Source of the DNA: Gammaproteobacteria bacterium | GTDB taxonomy: Bacteria; Pseudomonadota; Gammaproteobacteria; JAADGQ01 | Reading direction: 5' to 3' | DNA: 64,000 nt | Assembly: GCA_021648145.1 (NCBI GenBank) | Contig: JAKITI010000007.1 | Coordinates: forward strand, 1,018-65,017 | Part shown: positions 19,857 through 30,384 of the stretch, in pieces | Position numbering within the stretch: the first letter of the stretch is position 1 | Layout of the letters: each line of letters opens with the position of its first letter | Translations under genes and position numbers: made by a program | The notes under the pieces: generated by a model | The model's input: the letters and a program-made list of their open reading frames with translations, nothing else | What the model was told of the DNA's origin: nothing | The model's database searches: none

Positions 19857-20300
19857 ATGTCTGCTTATCGTCATATTTTGCTTGCAATTGATTTTACTCC
19901 TGCTGCATACCAAGTTGTTCAGCGGGTTAGGATTTTACTTGGAGAAGAGACAAAATTAACTGTGTTAAATGTTGTGGAGTATGCTTTACCGCTCGGTTTT
20001 GGGGATGATTTTACTCCAATGCCGAATTTATTGATCGAAGAGAGTATGCTTTTAGAAAAAGCAAAAGAGTCTCTATCACGCTTTGTTGATAAAGCTGGGT
20101 TGGCTTATGCAGAACAAATGATCAAAGTGGGTGGAACACAGAATGAAATTATTCAGGTTGCTGAACAAAAAAATGTTGACTTGATTATTTTGGGTTCTCA
20201 CGGTCGTCATGGCATCAGTTTGTTGTTAGGTTCGACTGCAAATGGTGTATTGCACCATGCATCTTGTGATGTTTTGGCGGTACGCATTAAAGAAAAATAG
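19857..20300 (+). CDS. universal stress protein
   Basis: UspA fold: HILLAIDF...DLIILGSHGRHG...GSTANGVLHHASCDVLAV. Confidence 0.8.
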   Translation: MSAYRHILLAIDFTPAAYQVVQRVRILLGEETKLTVLNVVEYALPLGFGDDFTPMPNLLIEESMLLEKAKESLSRFVDKAGLAYAEQMIKVGGTQNEIIQVAEQKNVDLIILGSHGRHGISLLLGSTANGVLHHASCDVLAVRIKEK

Positions 20301-20311
20301 TTTGTATTCTA

Positions 20312-22156
20312 TTACAACTCGCTGAGTGCATGCCAAAGTGCATCTTCCAGCCCTGATGTTCGCTCTGTTGTGCGTTTAATTGCTATTTTTAATAAGTTTT
20401 CTGAGCTATATAGCGTTGCTATTTTTTTAGCGCGTGTAATGGCAGTGTAGATTAATTCTCGTGTTAATAGTGGTGTGTCCACTTCAGGGAGCACAATAGA
20501 TACTTTATTAAACTCTGAACCTTGGCTTTTATGGATAGTCATGGCATAAACAGTTTCATGAGGAGGTAAGCGTGAGGGGAGAATTTTGCGTATGGTGCCG
20601 TCTGGCTGAGAAAAAAATACTTTTAATTGATGATCAGAATATGAGTCAATTTGTGTGATGCCTATATCACCATTATAAAGTTTCAGGTTGTAGTCATTAC
20701 GCGTGATCATCACGGGTCGGCCTGCGTATGAAGGTGTATTAGCTGCTGGGATTAGTCCGGCTTTTTTTAATGCCACTTCCACTTGTGTATTCATTGCTTT
20801 GGTGCCGGATGATCCTTCACGTTGTGCACATAAAATACGAAACCGATTAAACTGTTTCAAGGCTTCTGAAGCAGTTTCTGCTTGAATGTAAACTGAATAA
20901 GCTTCTGCGGCTGACTTTGCAAGGGCAGAAAGCTGGCTCACTGAGCTTTCATGAAGGTGAATATCATTATACTTTTCTAAATTAAGAATCTTGAGTGCCG
21001 TCTCTGTATGGCCTTGGTTGATTGCTTGAGCCAACTGGCCAATTCCACTCGTATCGTTAAATCTGTAGCTTTTTCGCAGGAGTGCAATATGGTCACCAAA
21101 ACTGGATTCTGGATGAGTACTGGGTATTTTATGCGCAGTCAATTGAGATAGAGTGTGGCAAAGCGATTCAGAATAACCTTTGTGCGGTTCACTACCGCAG
21201 ATATCACCCAAAACACTGCCGGCTTCTACTGAAGAGAGTTGATCTTTATCACCTAATAAAATAAGGCGGGCATCAACGGGCAGTGCCGCGACTAATCGAG
21301 CCATGAGCGGCAGGTCAATCATTGAGGCTTCATCGACAACCAGCACATCCAAGTGTAATTGGTTATTTTTATGATAACGAAATTCCGTTTGATTCGGAAT
21401 AACACCTAATAAACGATGAATTGTGGATGCTTCTTCTGGAATGATTTTTTTGATGGAATCACAATATTTAATATTTTCTTTGGCTTGCTTTATTGATTCA
21501 TTTAAACGTGCAGCGGCTTTTCCTGTGGGAGCAGCAAGTGCAATACGACAGGCGGGTTGTTGTTGTGCTAATAGCAGCAGTATTTTTGTGATGGTTGTTG
21601 TTTTTCCAGTCCCTGGTCCACCTGATATGACTGTAAAGCGTTTCAATACGGCAGTGGCCGCTGCTATTTTTTGCCAATCAGGCTTGTTATTTGACGTGAC
21701 AGGAAAAAGTTGTTCCAGGTTCTTTTTCAGTTGATCAATATTGAGATCGGAGACAGGTTTGTGAGTACGGTTTAGCAGGTTTTCAGCCAGTGATGATTGA
21801 AAAAAGTAATAACGACTGAGGTAGAGCCGGTTGTTGTGATCAAGTATAAGAGGGGAGTGCTCTCTAGGGGAGCCTGTAACACCGCTGGCATTTAAAGTGG
21901 ATATTAAGGTATCAATATCAGGTGCTTTTATTGTTTTAATATCATCATGTTTTTGTGTGTTAAATAATACCTGATCGGCGATATTATTGAGTTCAATGCA
22001 TATATGGCCTTCCCCAGATTTTTGACTGAGTAAGCTGGTTAGGAGCGCCAGAGTGTTTGATGGGTTTGTTGCTTGTTCATTAATAAAGTGAGCAAAATGC
22101 AAATCAAGCTGACGAATTAAACCGAGTCGAGCTAACTGCCTGAGCTGTTTTAGCAT
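20312..22156 (-). CDS. recD: exodeoxyribonuclease V alpha subunit
   Basis: 614 aa with Walker A GGPGTGKTTT and the SF1 helicase motifs. It sits immediately downstream of recB. Confidence 0.85.
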   Translation of the reverse strand: MLKQLRQLARLGLIRQLDLHFAHFINEQATNPSNTLALLTSLLSQKSGEGHICIELNNIADQVLFNTQKHDDIKTIKAPDIDTLISTLNASGVTGSPREHSPLILDHNNRLYLSRYYFFQSSLAENLLNRTHKPVSDLNIDQLKKNLEQLFPVTSNNKPDWQKIAAATAVLKRFTVISGGPGTGKTTTITKILLLLAQQQPACRIALAAPTGKAAARLNESIKQAKENIKYCDSIKKIIPEEASTIHRLLGVIPNQTEFRYHKNNQLHLDVLVVDEASMIDLPLMARLVAALPVDARLILLGDKDQLSSVEAGSVLGDICGSEPHKGYSESLCHTLSQLTAHKIPSTHPESSFGDHIALLRKSYRFNDTSGIGQLAQAINQGHTETALKILNLEKYNDIHLHESSVSQLSALAKSAAEAYSVYIQAETASEALKQFNRFRILCAQREGSSGTKAMNTQVEVALKKAGLIPAANTPSYAGRPVMITRNDYNLKLYNGDIGITQIDSYSDHQLKVFFSQPDGTIRKILPSRLPPHETVYAMTIHKSQGSEFNKVSIVLPEVDTPLLTRELIYTAITRAKKIATLYSSENLLKIAIKRTTERTSGLEDALWHALSEL

Positions 22157-22160
22157 GAAA

Positions 22161-25100
22161 TCAGAGTTCCTGGTTTTTATTTTCTGTAAATAGTTGATCT
22201 AATGACTGAATCAGACTCAAGGGTGGTTTGTCATGAAAAATGCCCGTTACGTTACCGTTTTCTGGTGACATTCCTCTTAAAAATAGATAATAAACACCGC
22301 CGATATGCTGTTTGTAACAATAATCAGGAAGGCGTTGTTGCAAGTAGCGATGCAAAGCAACGGTATAAATCAGGTATTGCAGGTTGTAGTGATGCTCTTC
22401 AATGGCTGAGTTGAGTTGAGTTGAGGCATAATCCTCTAACTGATTCCCTAGGTGGTTTGATTTATAATCAACAATATAATATCTGTTATTGTGCTCAAAA
22501 ATCAGGTCAATAAACCCTTTTAGCACGCCTTGCATGGCCGGGAAGTTCAAAGTTGTTCTTATGTTTGTGTGGCGCATCAAAAGCTTATTTAATTGATTCG
22601 CATTAAACTGTGCCAAAGGAAAATAAAACTCCATTTCAACTATTTTTTTTCTATTCGCAATATTTTTTAATTTGATTGCATTAAGTGAATCGTTTGTAGC
22701 ATTGAGTGGTGTATTTAATATATCCGAGACCCAGCTTTCAATAACAGGTGTCCATGAAAGATCGAAACCATACTGGGTTAACTGACGAATGACACTCTGA
22801 TTTAGTGACGACTCTGTTATATTTGTAAAGTCGAGTCGTTCCAGCAAACTATGCAGAAATATTCCAGTATGGGCTCCTTTGGGAAACTGAAATCTGGAAA
22901 AGGGGTCAGCCTCCTTAGATTCTTGATAAATTAGCGTACTCTCTGGTGACATTTGAATCAAAGGGGACTGACCTCTTTTCTCGGTGAGCGCTGAATAACT
23001 GGTAATACGCCACTGTCTGTTTATTGTGCTATTAAATAGTCTGGCTTTATTGTTTTTTTCTATGGGTTCAATAGAATGATAGAGTTTTTCTTCTGGCTCA
23101 GGCAGTCGATTGACCTGAATCGCATCGGGTGCTATTTTTGCTAATGCTAATAATTGGCTCTTGATATCTGCATCAGTCAGTTCGTTAAAGTTTTTGAGCT
23201 CGCCATGCAATAAATAACCAAGTGCAGAGTTTTCTGCGCCCTTGATTTTCCCCCACGCGATATAACATAAATATTTTGCACGAGTGAGTGCAACGTAGAG
23301 TAAGCGAACCTGCTCTGCAAGCTCTTCTTGTCTGGTCATTTCACGGTGCTTCTCTTTGTCTTTAGAGTTAATGTCGACACAGAGTTGATTGTTGATTGGT
23401 TCATGGAAAATAACAGACTGGTTTTTATTCTGAGCTCGTGCGCTCCAGATAAAAGGTAGAAATACGACTGGGTATTCAAGGCCTTTACTTTTATGAATGG
23501 TGATGATTTTAATGAGTGATTCATCACTTTCCAGCCGCAATTGCTGCTCTTCATTTTCATCGAAATGAGTACGATTAAGGTCTAACCAACGCAGCAAATT
23601 TTCCATACCTGGCTGTGCTATGGCAGCATTTTGTAACAGCTCAGCAAGATGCAGAAGATTGGTGAGTGAACGCTCACCATCACTCTTTTTTAATAGTCTG
23701 TCGGGAATACCATACTCCTGTAATAGTTGCTGAAACATGACGATAAATCCATGTTCTAGCCAGCTTTGGTGGTATTTTTGTATTTGCAATAAAATCCTTT
23801 CCCATGCATGGTCACTATGGTTCATTGCTTCAAGCTGGTGAGCACTCCAGCCCAGCAGTGGCGTGCAAAGTGCGGCACGAAGCAAGCGCTCGTTACTGGG
23901 TTCAATAATTGCAAAGAGTACTCGATAGAGTGCGTTGCACTCGGGTGTGTTGAATACATTTTCTCTGCTGAGGCAAACGCTGGCGACTCGATATTGTCGC
24001 AAGGCATTTTGCATGACCTGTGCTTCAGTATGGCTGCGTACAAGAATGGCAATGTCTTGTGCTTGAAGAGGTTGTTTACCAATGACGGCTATACTCTGGT
24101 CACCTTGTGTCAATAGTTTGGTTATCTCTGATGCACAGCTTAATGCAATCTCTTTTTTTGCAATATTGGCTGGAACAGCTTTACTATTATCACTTTCTAC
24201 TTGCCAAAATTGTACTGGCACGGGAGGAAATTTGTCGATAATAAGTGGCTCTTTATCGCTTTCCCCCGCCGCTTCGACAGCAATAAACGGGATATCTTCA
24301 CTATATATAAAGGGTGAACCGGATTGCTCAAACAGAGTATTTGTGGCGTGAACCATTTTTTGAGTTGAGCGCCAATTAGTGCCTAGTGTGTGGCAGTTAT
24401 TGGGGTTGTTAATAAACTTTTTGGCCTGGATGTAGGTGAAAATATCGGCTCCACGAAAGCTGTAAATGGCTTGCTTGGGGTCGCCAATCATTAACAAAGT
24501 GCTGTTTGGCTGTCTGTTTTCGGGCGAATTTGAGTAGAGAGTTTTGAATATTTCGTACTGCAGTGGGTCGGTATCCTGAAATTCATCAATCATGGCTGCG
24601 GGGTATTGGGCTCTTATTTTTTTAATAAGTGTTGCCCCAGCATCCGTACTTTTAATCGCATTGTTGAGTTGTAAGAGCAAGTCATCAAAAGTCAGTTGAG
24701 ATTTTTCCTGTTTACGTATAGTCCACTCGCTTTTAAAATATGTAATAGCTTTTTGTAAGAGTATTAGGTGAATTTCTGTGCGTATTGACTCAATCAACGC
24801 TATAAATTCAGCGCAGTGCTTGAAAAAAATATGCTCAGGAAGCTCAGCTCCTTTTTTGAGTGAATGCTCAATTTTAGTGATAGAAAAAAGTTCGAATTTT
24901 TCGGGTGGATTTAACAGGGTTGTGCGATTTGAAAAATATTTTGTGGTATTGGAAATGTATGTGGGTAAACTCTTATTATAAATATTACGCTTTAAGTTTG
25001 TTGAGTTTAGCAGGTAGTCGCAAATGACCTCTTGCTCAGTATGCCAGATATTTTTGAGTGGCTCGAAAAGTGAAGTGGCTTTTTTGAGGCAGTCAGTTAA

Positions 25101-25736
25101 GCCAGATAATGACGTTGTGGGTAAGAATTTTATGTTTGTATGTTTGACGTATGGAGATATTTTTTCCCATAATCCAGCCGGTGTTTTCCAGGTTGATTGG
25201 GCAAATGCAATCAATTCGGCAGGTGCATCATAAAAGGTGATACGCCAGAAATCTTCAATGATTTGTCGAGTCAGAGTGCTTTCGTTGGTGAGCAGTTCAG
25301 TATCAAATAGTGTGCCGCTTTCAAAGGCATTTTCCTGAAGCATGCGCTGACAAAAGCTGTGTATGGTGAATATTGCGGACTCATCCATGCGCTTGAGTGC
25401 ATCGTTTAACTGGACGAGTGCTTGTTGTTTGTTGTGGCAACTCTGTAGGAGTTTAGTCAGTGCAATATCAGTGCTGTGACCTTGGAGCAACAGTTCGCGA
25501 GCATCTTTAATGCGACGACGAATACGATCTCGCAACTCTTCTGTTGCAGCTTGAGTGAAAGTGACCACAAGGATTTCATCGACTTGCAATGGCTGGTTTT
25601 TCTCTTTATCGAGTAAATTGCCCAGTAAAAATCGCAAGTAGAGTGTGCTGATTGTGTAGGTTTTTCCGGTACCAGCAGAGGCTTCAATCAGGTGAAGACC
25701 ATTTAATGGAAGTGTTAATGGGTTGAGTGTTTGCAT
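22161..25736 (-). CDS. recB: exodeoxyribonuclease V beta subunit
   Basis: About 1190 aa from Met MQTLNPL. It has UvrD-like helicase motifs (EASAGTGKTYT) and a C-terminal PD-(D/E)xK nuclease region (GFIDLIF...VDYK). Confidence 0.85.
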   Translation of the reverse strand: MQTLNPLTLPLNGLHLIEASAGTGKTYTISTLYLRFLLGNLLDKEKNQPLQVDEILVVTFTQAATEELRDRIRRRIKDARELLLQGHSTDIALTKLLQSCHNKQQALVQLNDALKRMDESAIFTIHSFCQRMLQENAFESGTLFDTELLTNESTLTRQIIEDFWRITFYDAPAELIAFAQSTWKTPAGLWEKISPYVKHTNIKFLPTTSLSGLTDCLKKATSLFEPLKNIWHTEQEVICDYLLNSTNLKRNIYNKSLPTYISNTTKYFSNRTTLLNPPEKFELFSITKIEHSLKKGAELPEHIFFKHCAEFIALIESIRTEIHLILLQKAITYFKSEWTIRKQEKSQLTFDDLLLQLNNAIKSTDAGATLIKKIRAQYPAAMIDEFQDTDPLQYEIFKTLYSNSPENRQPNSTLLMIGDPKQAIYSFRGADIFTYIQAKKFINNPNNCHTLGTNWRSTQKMVHATNTLFEQSGSPFIYSEDIPFIAVEAAGESDKEPLIIDKFPPVPVQFWQVESDNSKAVPANIAKKEIALSCASEITKLLTQGDQSIAVIGKQPLQAQDIAILVRSHTEAQVMQNALRQYRVASVCLSRENVFNTPECNALYRVLFAIIEPSNERLLRAALCTPLLGWSAHQLEAMNHSDHAWERILLQIQKYHQSWLEHGFIVMFQQLLQEYGIPDRLLKKSDGERSLTNLLHLAELLQNAAIAQPGMENLLRWLDLNRTHFDENEEQQLRLESDESLIKIITIHKSKGLEYPVVFLPFIWSARAQNKNQSVIFHEPINNQLCVDINSKDKEKHREMTRQEELAEQVRLLYVALTRAKYLCYIAWGKIKGAENSALGYLLHGELKNFNELTDADIKSQLLALAKIAPDAIQVNRLPEPEEKLYHSIEPIEKNNKARLFNSTINRQWRITSYSALTEKRGQSPLIQMSPESTLIYQESKEADPFSRFQFPKGAHTGIFLHSLLERLDFTNITESSLNQSVIRQLTQYGFDLSWTPVIESWVSDILNTPLNATNDSLNAIKLKNIANRKKIVEMEFYFPLAQFNANQLNKLLMRHTNIRTTLNFPAMQGVLKGFIDLIFEHNNRYYIVDYKSNHLGNQLEDYASTQLNSAIEEHHYNLQYLIYTVALHRYLQQRLPDYCYKQHIGGVYYLFLRGMSPENGNVTGIFHDKPPLSLIQSLDQLFTENKNQEL

Positions 25737-26216
25737 GATGCAAACGTGACAGGAAAGGTAAAATGAGTCAAGAAAAAAGGTTTGGCAAAGTAAAGCCACT
25801 CGATAACCCAGCTGTGGGAGGGTGAATTACCGGATGAACTTTTTTTCCAAACCTTTATATAAGCTCCGCTTCAGTATCAATACCATCATCTACCTAACGG
25901 TATGTTCCTTCTCCATGACTTTTTATTATTTTTCCATTTAATTGGGCTAATTAGAGCATGGTTTTGGAATGGTGGGAATAAGGGTTAATACTTAATTTTA
26001 AGATGATAGTTAACTTTCAGTTATACATAAGTGTAAATTTATCACTTAAAATTTTAAAGGAAATGTACTATTATGCTCACTATAAAGGCATGTTATCTAT
26101 TTTTTAAGATAAACGAATAAATTTAAAATCCTCCTAAATATACATATTTTACGAGTAAAAACAATAGTATAGGCCATTCATATGGAGTTGTAGGAATAAC
26201 TTAGTACAGGTACTTA

Positions 26217-27389
26217 ATGTTTGAATCCAAGCCACTGCTATGCGCCTCCAAAAAAAATGTTCATCAGTCTGAAGAACTTGAAACAACTGACCTGAATGAT
26301 AAACTTATTCTTAAAAATATTCTCTATTCTGCTGACTCTGCAATTATTGCGACAGATCTAAACTATCGAATTATTTATTCTAATCCTGCGACTGAAAAAA
26401 TATTGGATTACCGTTTTGATGCTTCCAGTAAAAGTTTAATTACAGATGTTTGTTCCAGACTTGCTTTAGAGCCGGAATATCTAGAGAAAATTACAGATGA
26501 AATTCACACTGAAGGGTCGTTTCAATTTTCCATCAAACTTGATAAGGGAGATGCCCTTAAATGTATTGAGTGTAAATTTTCTGGGATATGGAATGAACAT
26601 AGAGTATTAATTGGTTTTTTGTTGATGGCGCAGGATGTAAGTGAGCGTGAGAAAGGTTTTTCTGTGATCAGAGCTCACCGTGCGGAGTTGGCTCAAGTTG
26701 CGCGCTTGAATGTAATGGCTGAAATGGCTTCCAGTCTGGCGCATGAACTGAATCAACCGCTGACTGTTATTTCCAGTTATTGTGATGCGGCACTGAATTT
26801 GATTGATAATGATAATGTGCCTTGTTCTGACCGTGTAATAAACGCACTAAGGCAAAGTCGCTCTCAGGCATTGCGAGCGGGTGAAATTATTAGAAGTATC
26901 CGTCAATTGGTACGTAAAGAAGAGGGTGAACGTCGATCGGTTAATATTAACAATTTGCTCGGTAATGTTATTGAATTAGTCGAGACTGATATTCATGATC
27001 AAAAAATAGTTTTACGGTGCTATATGGATTCTGAATTGCCTTGGGTTTCTGTCGATGGAATTCAGGTTGAACAGGTTATTTTAAACTTATTGCGTAATGC
27101 AGTGGAATCAATGGAAGCGTATGGTGAGTTGATTATTTCTACGGCGCTACATGAGGATGGAGAAAAAATTATTATTTCAATTCTAGATGATGGTGCTGGT
27201 TTTTCTGAGGAAATAAGTGACCGGCTATTTGATCCATTTTTTACAACTAAGGCGAATGGCCTGGGAATGGGATTATCGATCAGTAAAAATATTGTAGAGG
27301 CGCATGGTGGAAGTTTATGTGCTGAAAACATTCGGCCTCATGGTGCTCTTTTTTGTTTGACGTTACCGGTCGCTGTTAATGGAAAATAA
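26217..27389 (+). CDS. PAS-domain sensor histidine kinase
   Basis: PAS-like N-terminus, HisKA H-box LAHELNQPL and HATPase_c motifs (LLRNAVES, DDGAGF, GLGMGL). Confidence 0.8.
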   Translation: MFESKPLLCASKKNVHQSEELETTDLNDKLILKNILYSADSAIIATDLNYRIIYSNPATEKILDYRFDASSKSLITDVCSRLALEPEYLEKITDEIHTEGSFQFSIKLDKGDALKCIECKFSGIWNEHRVLIGFLLMAQDVSEREKGFSVIRAHRAELAQVARLNVMAEMASSLAHELNQPLTVISSYCDAALNLIDNDNVPCSDRVINALRQSRSQALRAGEIIRSIRQLVRKEEGERRSVNINNLLGNVIELVETDIHDQKIVLRCYMDSELPWVSVDGIQVEQVILNLLRNAVESMEAYGELIISTALHEDGEKIIISILDDGAGFSEEISDRLFDPFFTTKANGLGMGLSISKNIVEAHGGSLCAENIRPHGALFCLTLPVAVNGK

Positions 27390-28005
27390 TCAGTCAACTG
27401 TTTTTCTGGTCGATGACGATCATGCTGTGCGCGGGGCGATTGAGCTGTTTCTTCATACAAAATACATTGCAGTAGAAACATTCTCTTCCGCACATGATTT
27501 TTTGGAGCGCTATGATAGCAATCAGGCTGGCTGTCTTGTTCTGGATGTTCGTATGGCTGGAATGAGCGGTTTGGAGTTACAAGATCTGCTTGTTGAAAAA
27601 GGAGTTAAAATTCCTATAATATTTATGAGTGGTCATGGGGATATCTCAATGGCAATGCGTGCATTTAAGGCTGGAGCTGTAGATTTTTTAGAGAAGCCAT
27701 TTGACAATGACAGGCTGTTTGGCTGTGTTAACGATGCATTTCAGCGTGACATAGAGTTTCGTGAAGAGGATTGTTTGAAGAGAGGGGTTATGTCGCGTTA
27801 TGAGCAGTTAACTCCGCGTGAGCGCGAAGTGATGGCGTTGGTGGTTAATGGTCTTAGTAATAAAGAGGCTGCACGAGTATTAGATATAAGTCATCGTACT
27901 GTTGAGATACACCGCCGTCGAGTGATGCGTAAAATGGACGCAGGATCAGTATCTGATCTTATGGGGAGTGCTATGGTGGGTGGGGTGTATAAACAGATAT
28001 CATAA
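27379..28005 (+). CDS. response regulator, FixJ/LuxR family
   Basis: Receiver domain (VFLVDDD...LVLDVRMAG) and a LuxR HTH (LTPREREVMALVVNGLSNKEAARVLDISHRTVEIHR). It overlaps the kinase stop. Confidence 0.85.
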   Translation: MENNQSTVFLVDDDHAVRGAIELFLHTKYIAVETFSSAHDFLERYDSNQAGCLVLDVRMAGMSGLELQDLLVEKGVKIPIIFMSGHGDISMAMRAFKAGAVDFLEKPFDNDRLFGCVNDAFQRDIEFREEDCLKRGVMSRYEQLTPREREVMALVVNGLSNKEAARVLDISHRTVEIHRRRVMRKMDAGSVSDLMGSAMVGGVYKQIS

Positions 28006-28025
28006 TCTGTTTCTTGGGCAGTTTC

Positions 28026-28625
28026 CTAGCCAACAATATCCAGCGTTCGCTGACGAAAACCAACCCCAAGCTGTTTAGCAAGATTTTCGCAAGCATCAAT
28101 ATCTAAACCTTCAAGTCCATGAATGGCGGTGACAGTCACTTCGGGTACGTATTTGGGGGCTAGTCGTAAAAAATCGAGCACGGCATTGAATGACCCTTTG
28201 AGTGCCGGTTTGCAATGTTGATTGTAAACCGTTTCATTTTGACCGTTGAGTGAAACAGATAGCGCGTCAACTAATCCTTTAAATTCAGGTAATACATTAC
28301 GTTTATGAAATAGGTTGGCGAGTCCGTCAGTATTGATACGTACTTTTCCTCCCTCTTTTTTGATGTGTTCGGCGACAGTGAGTAGTTCTTTTAATCTGAG
28401 AGTGGGTTCGCCAAAACCGCAAAATACAATAGAATCATAGTTTTTTGGATTGCCAATACTCTCTATGATTGATTCAATTTCGGGGCGTTGTTCCAGTGTC
28501 AGATCAAAATCATGAACCTTTTTGATGCCTTGTGTTTTAGGGCAAAATTTGCACTCCAGCGTACAGCGATCAGTGATGTTTAGGTAAAGGTTGTTGTTTA
28601 TGCGATAGGCTATGGTTTGGTTCAT
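28026..28625 (-). CDS. small radical SAM protein
   Basis: 199 aa with an N-terminal Cx3Cx2C cluster (CTLECKFC). Confidence 0.65.
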   Translation of the reverse strand: MNQTIAYRINNNLYLNITDRCTLECKFCPKTQGIKKVHDFDLTLEQRPEIESIIESIGNPKNYDSIVFCGFGEPTLRLKELLTVAEHIKKEGGKVRINTDGLANLFHKRNVLPEFKGLVDALSVSLNGQNETVYNQHCKPALKGSFNAVLDFLRLAPKYVPEVTVTAIHGLEGLDIDACENLAKQLGVGFRQRTLDIVG

Positions 28626-28661
28626 AATATTATTTGAATATCAGTACGATTAAAAAACCCG

Positions 28662-28692
28662 CTACAAACAAGCGGGTTTTTTAGAATAAAAC
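28662..28692 (-). terminator. intrinsic terminator downstream of rpmB-rpmG
   Basis: Perfect hairpin AAAAACCCGCT-ACAAACA-AGCGGGTTTTTT with U-tracts on both strands. Confidence 0.7.
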
Positions 28693-28736
28693 TTTAAGGA
28701 GCCTCTGGTCGACTCAATCAGAGGTTCCTTCAGCAA

Positions 28737-28892
28737 TCATTTGATTTTTGCTTCTTTGTACATCACATGCTTACGAACAACGGGATCGAACTTTTTAATT
28801 TCGAACTTGCCAGGCATGTTACGTTTATTTTTTGTTGTCGTATAAAAGTGACCTGTTCCAGCTGAAGAAACCAGTTTGATTTTCTCACGCAT
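28737..28892 (-). CDS. rpmG: 50S ribosomal protein L33
   Basis: Reverse-strand translation [24 protein letters not shown]...[18 protein letters not shown]. It is not in the ORF table because it is under 60 aa. Confidence 0.75.
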   Translation of the reverse strand: MREKIKLVSSAGTGHFYTTTKNKRNMPGKFEIKKFDPVVRKHVMYKEAKIK

Positions 28893-28901
28893 AATATTCT
28901 C

Positions 28902-29138
28902 CTAGACTTTTTCACCACGGCTGCGGATTTCAGACAGTACGGTGTCGATTCCTTTTTTATCAATAATACGCAAACCTTTAGGGGTGATGCGCAAACGAAT
29001 CCAGCGATTTTCGCTCTCAACCCAAAAACGGTGAGAGTGTAAATTGGGCAGGAACCGACGACGAGATTTGTTGTTGGCATGGGATACATTGTTCCCAGTC
29101 ATCGGGCGCTTGCCGGTGACCTGACATACTTTGGACAT
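28902..29138 (-). CDS. rpmB: 50S ribosomal protein L28
   Basis: [33 protein letters not shown] is the L28 signature. Confidence 0.85.
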   Translation of the reverse strand: MSKVCQVTGKRPMTGNNVSHANNKSRRRFLPNLHSHRFWVESENRWIRLRITPKGLRIIDKKGIDTVLSEIRSRGEKV

Positions 29139-29276
29139 TTATACGGTCTCCAAAACAGACTTAAAAAATATGTAACTATTCAGATTACAATCTGAATAGT
29201 TACAACAATAAAATATAATATTAGTTACAGTTTAGATTTTTAGAGCAAAACGAAGCTTTATATCAAATATCTGTGC

Positions 29277-29954
29277 TTAAATCAAACCACGTTCAACAAA
29301 TGATACCGCTTTGTTGTCACCGATGACAAGATGGTCTAGTAATCGAACATCAATGAGTGCCAGCGCCTCTTTAAGGCGTTGGGTGATCACTTTGTCGGCA
29401 TGGCTTGGTTCGGCAACACCCGACGGGTGATTGTGCGCGATAATCACAGCGGCTGCATTATGTGTTAATACACGTTTGACGACTTCACGAGGGTGAACAC
29501 TGGCGCTATTAATTGTGCCTTGAAATAACTCTTCAAAACAGATCACACGATGACGGTTGTCTAGAAACAGACAACCAAATACTTCATAGCTGTAGTCTCT
29601 GAGTCGTGCAATCAGGTAGTTATGAGTATCTTTTGGGTTACTTAATGTGTCGCCTCGCTGCATCGACTCTTTTAAATAGCGGCGACCCATTTCCAGTACG
29701 GCCTGCAATTGTGTGTATTTAGTGGGGCCAAGTCCAGGTGCCTGGCAAAATCGTGTGATGTCTGCATTAAACAAAGCGCGTAATGAGCCAAATTCATTGA
29801 GCAGGTCGCGAGATAAATCGACGGCTGTTTTTCCACGGATTCCTGTGCGGAGAAAAATGGCAAGAAGTTCTGCATCTGAAAGTGCATTGGAGCCACGTTT
29901 TAAAAGTTTTTCACGCGGTCGCTCTTCAATGGGCCAATCTGTAATGGGTGGCAT
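29277..29954 (-). CDS. radC: RadC-family JAMM protein
   Basis: HhH N-terminus ([14 protein letters not shown]) and the JAMM motif HNHPSG. Confidence 0.85.
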   Translation of the reverse strand: MPPITDWPIEERPREKLLKRGSNALSDAELLAIFLRTGIRGKTAVDLSRDLLNEFGSLRALFNADITRFCQAPGLGPTKYTQLQAVLEMGRRYLKESMQRGDTLSNPKDTHNYLIARLRDYSYEVFGCLFLDNRHRVICFEELFQGTINSASVHPREVVKRVLTHNAAAVIIAHNHPSGVAEPSHADKVITQRLKEALALIDVRLLDHLVIGDNKAVSFVERGLI

Positions 29955-29966
29955 ATGACCTCCTTG

Positions 29967-30350
29967 TCATGATGCTTTCATTGCTGTTTTTAGGTAACGT
30001 TGAAGTGCGAAAGAAAACAGCTTGTTATCCTGAGGGTGTGTTGAGTCAAACTCAATTCCCAAGCGGTATTGGTTTTTTTGACCATCAACAGGAGTGCACC
30101 AACGAGCCGCTCCATGAACGCTTAAGTGAAGTTCAAAAGCTTTAAGCTCAATGGTGACAGGAGTTTCTATTGTGATGGGTTGATTGCATTGTGTGCCTAG
30201 CCCATAGCATTGTACACCTAACCCATAGTTAGATAGATCAAATGCCCCACTGATTGATTGGCTCGTATGTTTGAATTTTAGGTAAATAACATTGCTCGTT
30301 TTTTTTATTTGAAAATTACTCCGGTAATAATTCCGTTTTTCCTTGGACAT
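29967..30350 (-). CDS. PilZ domain protein
   Basis: RxxxR (RNYYRSNF) and DxSxxG (DLSNYGLGV) c-di-GMP binding motifs. Confidence 0.65.
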   Translation of the reverse strand: MSKEKRNYYRSNFQIKKTSNVIYLKFKHTSQSISGAFDLSNYGLGVQCYGLGTQCNQPITIETPVTIELKAFELHLSVHGAARWCTPVDGQKNQYRLGIEFDSTHPQDNKLFSFALQRYLKTAMKAS

Positions 30351-30384
30351 AATGCCTGATCTCTCCTTGAAATCATGGGGCTGT

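Noticed and set aside
25800-26216. Possible small ORFs or an RNA gene in the AT-rich spacer
   Set aside because: Only tiny ORFs of fewer than 20 codons are present, with no RBS. Nothing resembles a tRNA cloverleaf. It is treated as a promoter/intergenic region.
28763-29089. 108-aa reverse-strand ORF overlapping rpmB/rpmG
   Set aside because: Out-of-frame overlap with two highly conserved ribosomal protein genes makes it spurious.
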